A stretch of 64,000 bases of DNA from an uncultured delta proteobacterium (GCA_963803435.1 CAWDML010000001.1:32001-96000), one strand, 5' to 3'. Numbered from the stretch's first letter, positions 11,249 through 20,807 are shown. Numbers and translations: made by a program. Notes: generated by a model not told the origin, from the letters alone.

Positions 11249-11862
11249 GGTCGATCGCGATCGTCGACTACGGGATGGGCAACATCCGCTCCCTCGCACG
11301 CGCGCTGGAGCGGGCCGGTGCCTCCGTCTCGCGCACCGACACGCCCGAGGGGATCGCGTCCGCGGAGCGGCTGGTGATCCCGGGCCAGGGCGCGTTCGGA
11401 CAGGCGACCGAACGGCTCCGAGCGAAGGAGCTGGCCGAGCCGCTCGTCGACGCGATCGCACGGGGGCAGCCGGTGCTCGGCATCTGCCTCGGGCTCCAGA
11501 TCCTCTACGAGGCGTCGGAGGAGGCGCCCGGCGCTGCCGGGTTGGGCGTGATCCGGGGGACCGTCTCGCTGCTCCCGCTGGCGCCCGGGCTCAAGCGACC
11601 ACACATGGGCTGGGCACCGGTCGAGCACTCTGCCGATCACCCGGTGCTCGCGGCGAATCCCAGCGGCGAGGCGTTCTACTTCGTGCACAGCTTCGCCGCG
11701 CTCGCCGCCGTGGGCCACACCGGCTTCAGCGTGGCGCGGACCGAGCACGGGGTGACGTTCCTTTCGGCGCTGGCGAGAGACAACCTGGCGGCGACGCAGT
11801 TTCACCCGGAGAAGAGCCAGGACGCCGGCGCGCGGCTGCTGGAGGCGTTCCTCCGCCTCTGA
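11245..11862 (+). CDS. hisH: Imidazole glycerol phosphate synthase, glutaminase subunit
   Basis: DYGMGNI, PGQGAF, GICLGLQ, PHMGW, YFVHS, QFHPEKS. Confidence 0.96.
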   Translation: MRSIAIVDYGMGNIRSLARALERAGASVSRTDTPEGIASAERLVIPGQGAFGQATERLRAKELAEPLVDAIARGQPVLGICLGLQILYEASEEAPGAAGLGVIRGTVSLLPLAPGLKRPHMGWAPVEHSADHPVLAANPSGEAFYFVHSFAALAAVGHTGFSVARTEHGVTFLSALARDNLAATQFHPEKSQDAGARLLEAFLRL

Positions 11863-11870
11863 GCCGCGCG

Positions 11871-13712
11871 CTATCCCGGCTGGAAGATGAACGGGTAGCG
11901 CACCGACACGACGCCGCCCCGAGGCCGCGGGAACCGGATCGAAGCGAGAGCGCCCACCACACAGCGATCGACCTCGGCGTCCCCCATGCTCTCGTCCGCG
12001 CGGGCGCCGGCGACCCGCCCGTCCGCCTGGATCGTGAAGCCGACCACCAGCTTTCCGGACAGGGTCGGGCGCTTCGCCAGCTGCTTCTCGTAGCAGAGGC
12101 GGACCCGGCGCATCACGCCCTGGATGGCCCGGCGGATCGCCGCCGGCTCGAGCGATCCCATGGCGAGCGACGGTGCGTCCTCCCCGACCGGCGGCTCGGG
12201 CGACCCGAGCGGTTGATTCGGATGACCGGGCATCTCGCCGAGCACCACCATCGGCACCATCCCTCGGGCCGCCAGGATTCCCGCCGCGCGCGCCAGATCT
12301 TGAGCGGTCGCGCCGTCGCTCAGTGAGAGCCGCACCACCACGCCCTCGTGCTCGGACCCTCCCGCCGGGTCGTCGAGGCGCAGCGTGAACGGTTCGATCG
12401 GCGCACCGGGCCGCGAGTCGACGCGTAGGATCCGATCGGACGAGACCTCTGCGTGGAGCAAGCTCGGATCGAGCGCGTGCTCGTCCGGGCTCATCCCTGC
12501 ACCGGTGCGCACCACGAACCCGCCGGGGCGCGAGCCGAGCAAGCGGAGGAACAACGCGTCTTCGCCGAGCGCCTGTAGCGCCGCGTCGGGCACGCGGTCG
12601 TTGGTGCCCGCCAGCGCCACGGCAGACACGCCGGCCTTCTCCGCCGCTGCCAGCACCTGACGGAGCACCGGTGCACTTGCCCGCGCGTCGAAGCCTAGCA
12701 TGAGCGGACGCTCCTCCTTGGCGGCGGCCTTCGCGAGCGCATCGGCGAGACCGGGATCTCCGAGCGTTCGCGCCGGCTCGCCTTCGATGCGGACGTCCTG
12801 ACGGGTCACGACCACGTGCACGCGCCCGTGGCTGGGCGCGCTCTCGACGTCGAGGACGATCGGCGAGAAGTCCCCGACCCCGGACCAGAACGGCCTGGAG
12901 AGGGCCTCGCCCTGGGCGCGGACCCGGCGATCGACGAGCTGATCGAGGATGGGAACGGACACGACCACCACCGCCAACGCCACGCCACCGGCGATCCGCG
13001 CCCCGCCCTCCGAGCCTCCGGCGGCGAGGACGACGTGGAGCAGGACCAGCGCGACCAGGAGCGCACCGGCGCCGACGGTCACCGTGCGGGCGAGCGCGGC
13101 GCGCTCCAGCAGACCGGCCACGAGGAGGGCGCGATCGGCGGGCGACGCCATCATGGCCGAAGAGAGGCCCCGCGAGATCCCGACCACCGCCACCGCCGTT
13201 CCTCCGGCCAACAGCGCCGCGCCGGCCGCCACCGCAGCGGCCGAGTAGAGCTGCGTGCGCCGGACCAGCACCAGCGACAGCGCGACGCCGGCGAGCAAGG
13301 CCGCGCTCGCCCCGCACCCCATGGCCCGGGTCGAGAACGCCTCGCCGGTGCCGACCGCGAACAGCAGGCCGGCCTCGCCCGGATCCACGACCCCGAGCGC
13401 ACGCGACACGGCGCTCATGCCGGCGAACGTACCGCCGAGACCGACGAGCCAGGGAAAGATCGCGGTACCGGCGACGACCGCCAGAGGAACCTTCGCGCCG
13501 CGCGCGATCAGGAACGCGAGCACGCAGGTCGCGATCGTCGCGAGCATCGCCACCGGGACGGCGGCATATCCGAAGTAGCCGCCCGCCCGCATCAGGACCA
13601 CCATCTCGGAGGGGCCGCCGGCCAGGATCACGAAGACCACGAGGCCGATGACGCCCGTGATCGCAGGTGCGATCGCGGACAGGAGGGCAGAGCCGGACCG
13701 ATCGTCATCCAC
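11871..13712 (-). CDS. Membrane protein with TolQ/ExbB-like, ExbD-like and TonB/AgmX-type C-terminal domains
   Basis: PWLVGLGGTFAGM and GTGEAFST resemble this window's TolQ; LMLGFDARA...VLAAAEKAGV resembles TolR; C-terminal IRRAI...CYEKQL...GKLVVGFTI..DGRV...C...RFPRP...YPFIF. Confidence 0.7.
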   Translation of the reverse strand: MDDDRSGSALLSAIAPAITGVIGLVVFVILAGGPSEMVVLMRAGGYFGYAAVPVAMLATIATCVLAFLIARGAKVPLAVVAGTAIFPWLVGLGGTFAGMSAVSRALGVVDPGEAGLLFAVGTGEAFSTRAMGCGASAALLAGVALSLVLVRRTQLYSAAAVAAGAALLAGGTAVAVVGISRGLSSAMMASPADRALLVAGLLERAALARTVTVGAGALLVALVLLHVVLAAGGSEGGARIAGGVALAVVVVSVPILDQLVDRRVRAQGEALSRPFWSGVGDFSPIVLDVESAPSHGRVHVVVTRQDVRIEGEPARTLGDPGLADALAKAAAKEERPLMLGFDARASAPVLRQVLAAAEKAGVSAVALAGTNDRVPDAALQALGEDALFLRLLGSRPGGFVVRTGAGMSPDEHALDPSLLHAEVSSDRILRVDSRPGAPIEPFTLRLDDPAGGSEHEGVVVRLSLSDGATAQDLARAAGILAARGMVPMVVLGEMPGHPNQPLGSPEPPVGEDAPSLAMGSLEPAAIRRAIQGVMRRVRLCYEKQLAKRPTLSGKLVVGFTIQADGRVAGARADESMGDAEVDRCVVGALASIRFPRPRGGVVSVRYPFIFQPG

Positions 13713-13757
13713 GGACCGCGGATGCTACGCAATGGGGCCCGTGCGGGGAAGGGCGGG

Positions 13758-13827
13758 CTAGGAGCGTGTAGCGCGTAAGCGCTCACGCGACCCCGGTCCG
13801 GGTCCCGGTCCCGGTCCGGGTCCCGAT
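13758..13827 (+). repeat. Left inverted repeat (CTAGGAGCGTGTAGCGCGTA... followed by GGTCCS hexamers)
   Basis: Direct comparison with 14209-14277. Confidence 0.9.
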
Positions 13828-13847
13828 CTGAAGATGGCTGCCTTGAG

Positions 13848-14020
13848 TCAGACGCTCGCGACGGTCGCGAGCTTCGATCGGTAGAGCTTGAGCAGGTTGT
13901 GGGTGAGGCAGACGAGCGTCCACTCGGCTCGTACCTTGAAGAAGGAGCGGAGCGAGAACCGGCGGAATCCTCGTGCCGCTTTGATCTGTCCGAGCGCCGG
14001 TTCGACGATACTCTTCCTGG
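13848..14020 (-). pseudogene. Transposase C-terminal fragment, IS1182-like DDE
   Basis: RKSIVEPALGQIK..RGFRRFSLR....VRAEWTLVCLTHNLLKL; 5' part missing. Confidence 0.85.
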
Positions 14021-14074
14021 AAGGCTCGCTTCTACCGGATGGCACTTCGCTCTGGCACCGAAAGCGCCGCCTCA

Positions 14075-14203
14075 CTCCACACCTGCTTGAGGCGCCGACT
14101 CCCCAACGAGCAGAAGGTCCAAGCCGCCAGAGCCAAGCTCAAGCGCGTTGTCGAGATGCTCACGCGCCTCATCAAGTCGATGAACGCACGCCGGGCTGCA
14201 TGA
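14075..14203 (+). pseudogene. C-terminal fragment of a four-helix-bundle protein (23S rRNA IVS protein / Avd-like family)
   Basis: Hand translation, not in the ORF track: LHTCLRRRLPNEQKVQAARAKLKRVVEMLTRLIKSMNARRAA*. Resembles the family's terminal helix (R.V.MLT.LI). Confidence 0.55.
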
Positions 14204-14208
14204 TCGCC

Positions 14209-14277
14209 ATCGGGACCGGGACCGGGACCGGGACCCGGACCGGGCTCGCGGTAGCGCTACGCGCTACACGCTCCTAG
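14209..14277 (-). repeat. Right inverted repeat
   Basis: ATC(GGGACC)n...TACGCGCTACACGCTCCTAG; its terminal CTAG contains the stop codon of the DksA-like gene. Confidence 0.9.
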
Positions 14278-14660
14278 AGCCGCGGAAAGGTGTGCACACG
14301 ATCGCGCTCACGCCGGTTCGCACACGCGATGCACAGGCGTGAGGTCGGCTGCGCCTCCAGGCGTCGTGGATCGATGTTCTCACTGCACTCCTCGCACTGC
14401 CCGTACGTCCCTTCCTCGATCCGATCGAGGGCGGACTGCAGCGCGCGCATCTCGAGAGCGCAGTGATCCATCCGCTGCGCCGTGAAGTCGGTGAGCATGT
14501 CGTCGACCGACAGATCACCCTCGTCCTTCACGGCCTCGTCGCGGCTCTTGCTGTCGCTGTCGCTCGAGCGCAGGTAGTCCTCGTGGATCTCGCTCGCCAG
14601 CTGCTGATACCGCTCGCGCATCCGAGCCTTGAGCCGTGCCAAGATATCCTTCGAGGTCAT
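14274..14660 (-). CDS. TraR/DksA family C4 zinc-finger transcription regulator
   Basis: DEGD coiled-coil tip, ALDRIEEGTYGQCEEC, RLEAQP, LCIAC. Confidence 0.9.
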   Translation of the reverse strand: MTSKDILARLKARMRERYQQLASEIHEDYLRSSDSDSKSRDEAVKDEGDLSVDDMLTDFTAQRMDHCALEMRALQSALDRIEEGTYGQCEECSENIDPRRLEAQPTSRLCIACANRRERDRVHTFPRL

Positions 14661-14697
14661 CAACCGTTCAACACCCGACACCCCCCGCGCATTCGAG

Positions 14698-15000
14698 TCA
14701 GCGCGGATCCAGGCCATGGACCCGGACGGGTTCCAGAGGCAGGCCGGCCGTCGCGCGATTCACCTGACCCCAGCCGTTGGAACCCCAGCAGATCACGCGG
14801 CCTTCGTCGGTGTAGACGCAGGAATGATCGCTCGCGTCGCCCAAGTTGACGCCCGTCGGGCCTCCGACCCCTTTGGGGGACATGGCTGCGTTCGGGCGTC
14901 TCGCCATTGCCGAGCTGGGACGAAAGATTGTCGCCCCAGCACGAAAGCGCGCCGTTCCCCAGCACGGCACGGGTGTGGGACCGATTGTTGATGCGCCAGC
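14698..15000 (-). pseudogene. RCC1-repeat protein remnant (5'-truncated, frameshifted)
   Basis: SHTRAVLGNGALSCWGDNLSSQLGNG in one frame; DHSCVYTDEGRVICWGSNGWGQ in another. Confidence 0.7.
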
Positions 15001-15096
15001 AGAGGGCTGGATCGCGTTCGGCCTGGTCGGGGTGGGGCGGGGCGCTCGGGACGCTGCCAGCTGGGCCGCCCACTGAGATGCCGATATAAGAACGGC

Positions 15097-16056
15097 ATGC
15101 GACGCATCCGGCTCGGCAAGACCGGGATCGAGGTCCCCGCGATCAGCCTCGGCACCTGGGGACACGGCGGCCCCAACACCGCGGGCAGGATCTCGGTCGG
15201 CTGGTCGGGGCACGACGACGACAAGGCGCTCGACGCGATCGCGAGCGCCTTCGATCACGGGATCGATCACTTCGACACGGCCGACGTGTACGGCAACGGC
15301 CACGCCGAGTCGTTGATCGCGCGCATGTGGGAGCGGATCCCGCGCGATCGCATCTTCCTGGCCTCGAAGGTCGGCTGGGACATGGGGCCGTACGGCCACT
15401 TCTATCACCCGCAGCACATGCGCGCGCAGCTGGTCCGATCGCTCCGCAACTTGAAGACCGACGTCATCGATCTCTACTATCTCCATCACTGCCAGTTCGG
15501 AGAGATGGACGAACACTTCGAGCCGGCGCTCGAGCAGATCCGCCGGTTCCAGGAGGAGGGAAAGATCCGCTTCGTCGGGCTCTCCGACTGGGACCTCACC
15601 AAGATCATGCGGTTCATCGATCGCGTCGACCCCGACGTCGTCCAGCCGTATCGCAACGTCGCCGACGACGCGTGGGTCACCTCCGGGCTGGCCGCCTGGG
15701 TCGCGGCGCACGACGCCGGCGCGGCGTTCTTCTCGCCGATCAAGCACGGCCTGTTGCTCGGCAAGTACGACGCGCCCCGGACGTTCCCCGAGGGCGACTT
15801 CCGCCGCAACGTGAAGGGATTCGAGGACGCCCGCACGATCGCGCGCATGAAGGAGAACCGCGCTGCGCTCGAGGCGCGTTTCGCGGAGCACCCGCAGCCG
15901 GTCCTCCACGGGTTGCTCGGCGCTCTGCTCGAGGACGCCCCCACCGCCTGTGTCCTGCTGGGCATGCGCAACGCCGCCCAGGTCGAGTCGGCGGCCCGCT
16001 GCGGAGAAGCGCTCTCCCACGAAGACGCGGAGTGGGTCCGGAAGCTCTTCGCGTAG
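15097..16056 (+). CDS. Aldo/keto reductase
   Basis: LGKTG...ISLGTW, FDTADVYGNG, LASKVG, IDLYYLH, GKIRFVGLS. Confidence 0.93.
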   Translation: MRRIRLGKTGIEVPAISLGTWGHGGPNTAGRISVGWSGHDDDKALDAIASAFDHGIDHFDTADVYGNGHAESLIARMWERIPRDRIFLASKVGWDMGPYGHFYHPQHMRAQLVRSLRNLKTDVIDLYYLHHCQFGEMDEHFEPALEQIRRFQEEGKIRFVGLSDWDLTKIMRFIDRVDPDVVQPYRNVADDAWVTSGLAAWVAAHDAGAAFFSPIKHGLLLGKYDAPRTFPEGDFRRNVKGFEDARTIARMKENRAALEARFAEHPQPVLHGLLGALLEDAPTACVLLGMRNAAQVESAARCGEALSHEDAEWVRKLFA

Positions 16057-16058
16057 CC

Positions 16059-17312
16059 TCAGAGCACGAAGGGATCCCAGGCGTTGTCGCGGCGCTCGAT
16101 CGTCCGCACGTCCTCGGTCGTGCAGCGCGAGGACCCTCCGGCGATCTCGTCGACCGTGATCCGATAGGCGCCGTACGGCAGGTCGACCAGCGGGAGGTGA
16201 TCGTCCGGCGGCTCGATCGTCGTCTCCAGCAGCGGGGTGGTCACGCCGTCGCGGCGCACGCGCACCGCGTAGCGATCGACCGTCGCCGTGCACGTGCTCG
16301 ACTGGACCTCGACCGACACGGTGGCGCTCCCCACCGGCACGAGCGTCAGGATCCCGGTGGAGTGATCGTCGGCGGGCATCGTGAAGCGCTGGATGCCTTT
16401 GAAGCGCGCGTCGGCCTCGGCCAGCAGCTCCAGCTCGAGCTGGCGGCCCTGGGTGAAACGGGCGGAGCGGAACGCGTACGGGCGCTCCTCCATGCACGCG
16501 AAGGTCTCGGTGACCGGAGCGCCGCCCTCGAGGTTGCGGATCGTCGCTCGCACGTCGGTCGCGTGGACGCCCGGATCATCGCAGAGCCGCGTCGTCCCTG
16601 CGGCCACCTGGAAGTCGAAGTCGATGAACACGCGGCTGCCGAGCGGCGTGAGGACCGCCGTGTGCTCGTTGAGCCCGCGATCGAGCGTACGCTGGGCCGT
16701 GGCGGTGAAGAGCGGGAAACCTTCGGCCGAGCTCGCCGCCACCTGGATCGCATAGCTCTGAAGCGAGAAGGGCTGCTGGATCTGCACCGGCGTGTCCTGG
16801 CAGGAGAACCGGCCGTTGTACGGATCGCCTGCGCCGGCCGCGACGATGACGTCGATCGAGGCCACCTCGGCGCAGGGTGCCAGCATCTCGCTGCCGAAGG
16901 TCCATCCCAGGTCCAGGAACGCGACCTCCGGCTCGAGCGAGAGCGATACCGCCTCGTGGGGGAGCGTCAGGTTCGTCCGCGCCTTGTAGAGGACCGCGGC
17001 CGAATCTCCCTGCAGCACACCGAGCGCTGCGACCTGGAGGACGTACTCCCCGGCCTCGACGTCCTCCGCCGTGAAGGTTCCGGTGCAAGTGGACTTGCGG
17101 GGCCAGCCCGCGCGCGGCGTGATCCCATTCGCGGCGAACAGCGTCACCTCAATCTCGCGCACCTCGTTCGCGTCGGTACAGGCGACGCTCGCGCCGCGCT
17201 TGAGGAGCTCGTACTCGACCTGGAGCCCGCCGCCGTCGACGGCGTTGTCCGCTCCGCACCCCAGGCAGAGGAGAGGAAGGAGCAAGGACGACCTGAGTCC
17301 CACACGCACCAT
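16059..17312 (-). CDS. Putative lipoprotein with repeated Cys-containing beta domains
   Basis: LLLPLLCLG-C lipobox; three to four similar ~100-aa domains. Confidence 0.7.
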   Translation of the reverse strand: MVRVGLRSSLLLPLLCLGCGADNAVDGGGLQVEYELLKRGASVACTDANEVREIEVTLFAANGITPRAGWPRKSTCTGTFTAEDVEAGEYVLQVAALGVLQGDSAAVLYKARTNLTLPHEAVSLSLEPEVAFLDLGWTFGSEMLAPCAEVASIDVIVAAGAGDPYNGRFSCQDTPVQIQQPFSLQSYAIQVAASSAEGFPLFTATAQRTLDRGLNEHTAVLTPLGSRVFIDFDFQVAAGTTRLCDDPGVHATDVRATIRNLEGGAPVTETFACMEERPYAFRSARFTQGRQLELELLAEADARFKGIQRFTMPADDHSTGILTLVPVGSATVSVEVQSSTCTATVDRYAVRVRRDGVTTPLLETTIEPPDDHLPLVDLPYGAYRITVDEIAGGSSRCTTEDVRTIERRDNAWDPFVL

Positions 17313-17330
17313 CGAATCGACGAAGGAGCG

Positions 17331-17346
17331 TGCAACAGCGAGGCCA
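17331..17346 (-). promoter_or_regulatory. Candidate sigma54 (-24/-12) promoter of the lipoprotein gene
   Basis: TGGCCTCGCTGTTGCA = GG-N10-GC with TTGCA, 18 nt upstream of ATG 17312. Confidence 0.6.
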
Positions 17347-17415
17347 TGGGCGCAACTTCCCCTCGGGGAGGCGGCCGGCGGCCGATCCGGACGAGGTTGT
17401 CAGGGTAGTGGCGCC

Positions 17416-18204
17416 ATGTTACCCGCGTTCCTCATCATGTCGGCCGGTTCGCCCGAGACGATCCATGTCGTCTTGACGACGTGGGACGCAATCCTCGCCC
17501 AGACCGGGCCTGCGGGCCCCATTCCCGCGCCGGGGGCCACGGACATCGCGCTCTGGGACACGGTCACGTCGTCCGGGCCGATCAGCTTCGCCGCCCTCAT
17601 GCTGCTCTGCTTCTTCTCGGTGGTGAGCTGGGCGATCATGGTCCACAAGTACTTCGTGCTCCGCCGGGCGAGCCGCCAGTCGGATCGCTTCCTGGACGCC
17701 TTCTGGGAGGCGAAGCGGCTCGATCAGATGTACCAGCAGTCCGAGCACTTCGGGGGCTCGCCGCTCGCCCAGGTCTTCCGCGCCGGCTACATCGAGCTGG
17801 CGCGCCTGAAGAAGCGATCGGGCGAGGACGAGCTGGGCGGTGGCATCGAGAACGTGGAGCGCGCGCTGCGCCGCAGCCAGAACTCCGAGATGACCGCGCT
17901 CGAGAGCTTGACCTCGTTCCTCGCCACCGTCGGATCCACCGCGCCCTTCGTGGGGCTGTTCGGTACCGTCTGGGGCATCATGAAGGCCTTCCAGGACATC
18001 GGGCACATGGGCTCGGCCAACCTGGCGACGGTCGCCCCCGGCATCTCCGAGGCCCTGATCGCGACGGCCGCCGGCCTGGCCGCGGCGATTCCTGCGGTGA
18101 TCGCGTACAACTACTTCCTTTCCAAGATCCGGGTGCTCGAGTCGGAAATGGACGGATTCTCTTCGGATTTTCTCAACATCGTGAAGCGCCACTTCTTCCG
18201 GTAG
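17416..18204 (+). CDS. tolQ: TolQ (start uncertain: 17416, 17437 or 17473)
   Basis: LATVGSTAPFVGLFGTVWGIM, VAPGISEALIATAAGL; first gene of the tol-pal cluster. Confidence 0.93.
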   Translation: MLPAFLIMSAGSPETIHVVLTTWDAILAQTGPAGPIPAPGATDIALWDTVTSSGPISFAALMLLCFFSVVSWAIMVHKYFVLRRASRQSDRFLDAFWEAKRLDQMYQQSEHFGGSPLAQVFRAGYIELARLKKRSGEDELGGGIENVERALRRSQNSEMTALESLTSFLATVGSTAPFVGLFGTVWGIMKAFQDIGHMGSANLATVAPGISEALIATAAGLAAAIPAVIAYNYFLSKIRVLESEMDGFSSDFLNIVKRHFFR

Positions 18205-18242
18205 ACCGGAGTCGTGGCCTGATCGTGTTAAGGAGATAGAGC

Positions 18243-18680
18243 ATGGGCATGTCGACGGGCGGTGGCCGCGGAAAGGCCGTCAGCGACATCAACGTGACGC
18301 CGCTGGTCGACGTCATGCTCGTCCTCCTGATCATCTTCATGGTCACCGCGCCGCTCATCACGCAGGGGGTCGACGTCCAGCTCCCCAAGACCAAGGCGCA
18401 GCCCCTCGAGGGGACGGACAAGAAGTCGGTCCTCACCATCACCAAGGACCAGAAGATCTTCATCGGGACCAACGCCGACAACGCGATCCCGTTCGATCAG
18501 CTGGTCGACAAGCTGAAGCACAACGAGAAGATCCAGTCCGAGAAGGAGCTGTACCTCCACGCCGACGAGAAGCTCGAGTACGGCTTCGTCGTGAAGGTGA
18601 TGGCGAAGATCCGCGAGGCCGGGATCGAGAAGCTCGGCATGGTCACCGATCCGCTGGAGAGCGAGCCGGCGAAGCCATGA
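18243..18680 (+). CDS. tolR: TolR
   Basis: DINVTPLVDVMLVLLIIFMVTAP. Confidence 0.95.
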   Translation: MGMSTGGGRGKAVSDINVTPLVDVMLVLLIIFMVTAPLITQGVDVQLPKTKAQPLEGTDKKSVLTITKDQKIFIGTNADNAIPFDQLVDKLKHNEKIQSEKELYLHADEKLEYGFVVKVMAKIREAGIEKLGMVTDPLESEPAKP

Positions 18681-19429
18681 CCGGAGCCGTTAGCAGCCGG
18701 GTCCGTACAGCGGCGCTCAATCGAGGGTTCGCGCCGGTCATGGTGTTCTCGGTGCTCCTCCACGGCGGCGCGCTCGGGGGCGTGGTCTACGCCCAGTACC
18801 ACCACGGACCGCGCGGCCCGGTGATCAACTCGATCCCGGTGGAGCTGGTGAAGCTGGGCAAGCCCCGCGATCCCAACCTGCTCCCGCGGATCACCCAACC
18901 CGCCGTGGCCCCGCCGCCCCCGGACGACGGGGTGGCGCTCGACGTCGCGAACAAAGACAAGACGCCGACGAAGCCGAAGGATCGGCCCAAGCCCAAAGAT
19001 CCGCAGCTCTCTGATGCCGCCAAGCGCCTGCTCGACTCGGCCCGCGACGCCGATCTGGACCGCGCGATCAACAAGATCGACGAGGACGAGGGCGCAGAGA
19101 ACGGCTCCATCTACGGCACCACCACGGACGCCACCAACGCCGCCTCGGGCTATCTGGCCCAGGTCTCGGAGGTGCTGCACAAGAACTACAAGCTCCCGGC
19201 GACCATCAGCGAGTCGGAGCGGCGCTTCCTGAGCGCCGACGTGGTCCTGTACATCGAGCGTGACGGAACGATCTCGAACTACGAGTTCGTGCAAGCTCCG
19301 ACCAACGAGGCGTTCAAGCGGGCCCTGGATCTCCTGTTGAAGACCGTGAAGCTGCCCCCGCCGCCCGGCTGGCTCGCCAATGAGTACGCAAAGACCGGGC
19401 TCGGCGTGCGGTTCAAGCCCGATGGGTGA
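18677..19429 (+). CDS. tolA: TolA / TonB-family energy transducer
   Basis: TM with SVLLH motif, Pro/Lys-rich linker, TonB-C-like domain; lies between tolR and tolB. Confidence 0.8.
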   Translation: MTGAVSSRVRTAALNRGFAPVMVFSVLLHGGALGGVVYAQYHHGPRGPVINSIPVELVKLGKPRDPNLLPRITQPAVAPPPPDDGVALDVANKDKTPTKPKDRPKPKDPQLSDAAKRLLDSARDADLDRAINKIDEDEGAENGSIYGTTTDATNAASGYLAQVSEVLHKNYKLPATISESERRFLSADVVLYIERDGTISNYEFVQAPTNEAFKRALDLLLKTVKLPPPPGWLANEYAKTGLGVRFKPDG

Positions 19430-19487
19430 GCGCGATCAACTCACCTTGCGAACAGACCTCACATCGCGGCATAAGACCACCCGAGCC

Positions 19488-20807
19488 GTGCGAAGACTCT
19501 CAGCCCTCATCCTGATTCTCGTCGCGCAGCTGGCGGCGCCCGCGATCGCCCAGCCGACGCCGGCCACCCGCTCGGTCATCGAGATCGGGAGCCCGGATTT
19601 TCGTCCCTACCCGATCGCGGTGCCAGACGCGCGCGACATGTCGGGCAAGACGCCGTCACCACCCGCGAGCGAGATCAGCGACGCCCTCCGCTGGGACTTC
19701 ACCATGGCAGCGACCTTCAAGGTGCTGGACCCGAAGGGCTACCTCGCCGATCCGCTCAAGGAGGGTCTCGCGGCGGCCTCGATCAAGTTCTCCGACTGGG
19801 TGAACGTCGGCGCCGAGGGCCTGATCAAGTGCGGCGTCACGGTGAACGGCACGACGCTCAAGGCGGACTTCCGCTTCTTCGACGTGGCCAGCGGTCGCCA
19901 GCTCCTTCAGAAGACGTACACCGGCAAGACCGAGGATGCGCGGCGCTTCGCCCACACCTTCGCCGACGCCGTGGTCGAGCAGCTGACCGGACAGAAAGGC
20001 ATCTTTCGCACCCGGATCGCGGCGGTGAAGAAGACGAAGAACGGTCGCGAGCTCTACGTGATGGATCTGGACGGCCGGGGCATGCACGCCCTCACCGACA
20101 ACGGATCGATCAACCTGTTGCCGGCGTGGTCGCGGGACGGGCAGCTGGTCATCTTCACCAGCTACATTCGCCACAACCCGAACCTCTACTCGATTCCGGT
20201 GACCGGGGGCCCGCCGAAGCTCCTGTCCGGCGAGCGCGGTCTCAACACCGGCGGGTGCGTGTCGCCCGACGGCAAGCGGGTGGCGCTGACGCTGTCAAAG
20301 GACGGCAACAGCGAGATCTATCTGATGAACGCGGACGGCACGAGCCTCAAGCGGCTGACCAACGAGTGGGCGATCGACTCCTCGCCCTCCTGGTCACCCG
20401 ACGGCTCGCGCATCGCCTTCGTCTCCTCGCGCTGGGGGGATCCGCACATCTTCGTGATGGGCTCGGACGGCTCGAACGTGAAGCGGATTACCGATCGCGG
20501 CACGTACAACCAGACCCCCGACTGGTCGCCCCGAGGAGACCTGATCGCATTCACCGCCCGCGACGAGCGGAACGTCTTCGACATCTTCACGGTGAATCCG
20601 GAGACGAAAGAGATCAAACGACTCACGCAGGACCAGGGGAACAACGAGGAACCGAGCTTCTCCCCCGACGGGAACCACATCGTCTTCACGTCGACGCGCG
20701 AGGGCCGGCAGCAGATCTGGGTGATGGCCTTGGACGGCTCGAACCAGATCCGCATCTCGAAGAAGGGCGGTTTCTCGACGCCCGTCTGGTCGCCGTACCT
20801 GCATTGA
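19488..20807 (+). CDS. tolB: TolB beta-propeller protein (alternative start 19422)
   Basis: N-terminal TolB domain (PIAVP, GIFRTRIA) and repeated P.WSPDG (PD40) units. Confidence 0.93.
   Translation: MRRLSALILILVAQLAAPAIAQPTPATRSVIEIGSPDFRPYPIAVPDARDMSGKTPSPPASEISDALRWDFTMAATFKVLDPKGYLADPLKEGLAAASIKFSDWVNVGAEGLIKCGVTVNGTTLKADFRFFDVASGRQLLQKTYTGKTEDARRFAHTFADAVVEQLTGQKGIFRTRIAAVKKTKNGRELYVMDLDGRGMHALTDNGSINLLPAWSRDGQLVIFTSYIRHNPNLYSIPVTGGPPKLLSGERGLNTGGCVSPDGKRVALTLSKDGNSEIYLMNADGTSLKRLTNEWAIDSSPSWSPDGSRIAFVSSRWGDPHIFVMGSDGSNVKRITDRGTYNQTPDWSPRGDLIAFTARDERNVFDIFTVNPETKEIKRLTQDQGNNEEPSFSPDGNHIVFTSTREGRQQIWVMALDGSNQIRISKKGGFSTPVWSPYLH

Larger units (their letters stand above)
13758..14277. mobile_element. 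Non-autonomous / internally deleted IS-like element with ~70-bp terminal inverted repeats and CTAG at both ends
   Basis: 13758-13827 is a near-perfect reverse complement of 14209-14277; the interior carries a transposase 3' fragment. Confidence 0.85.
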
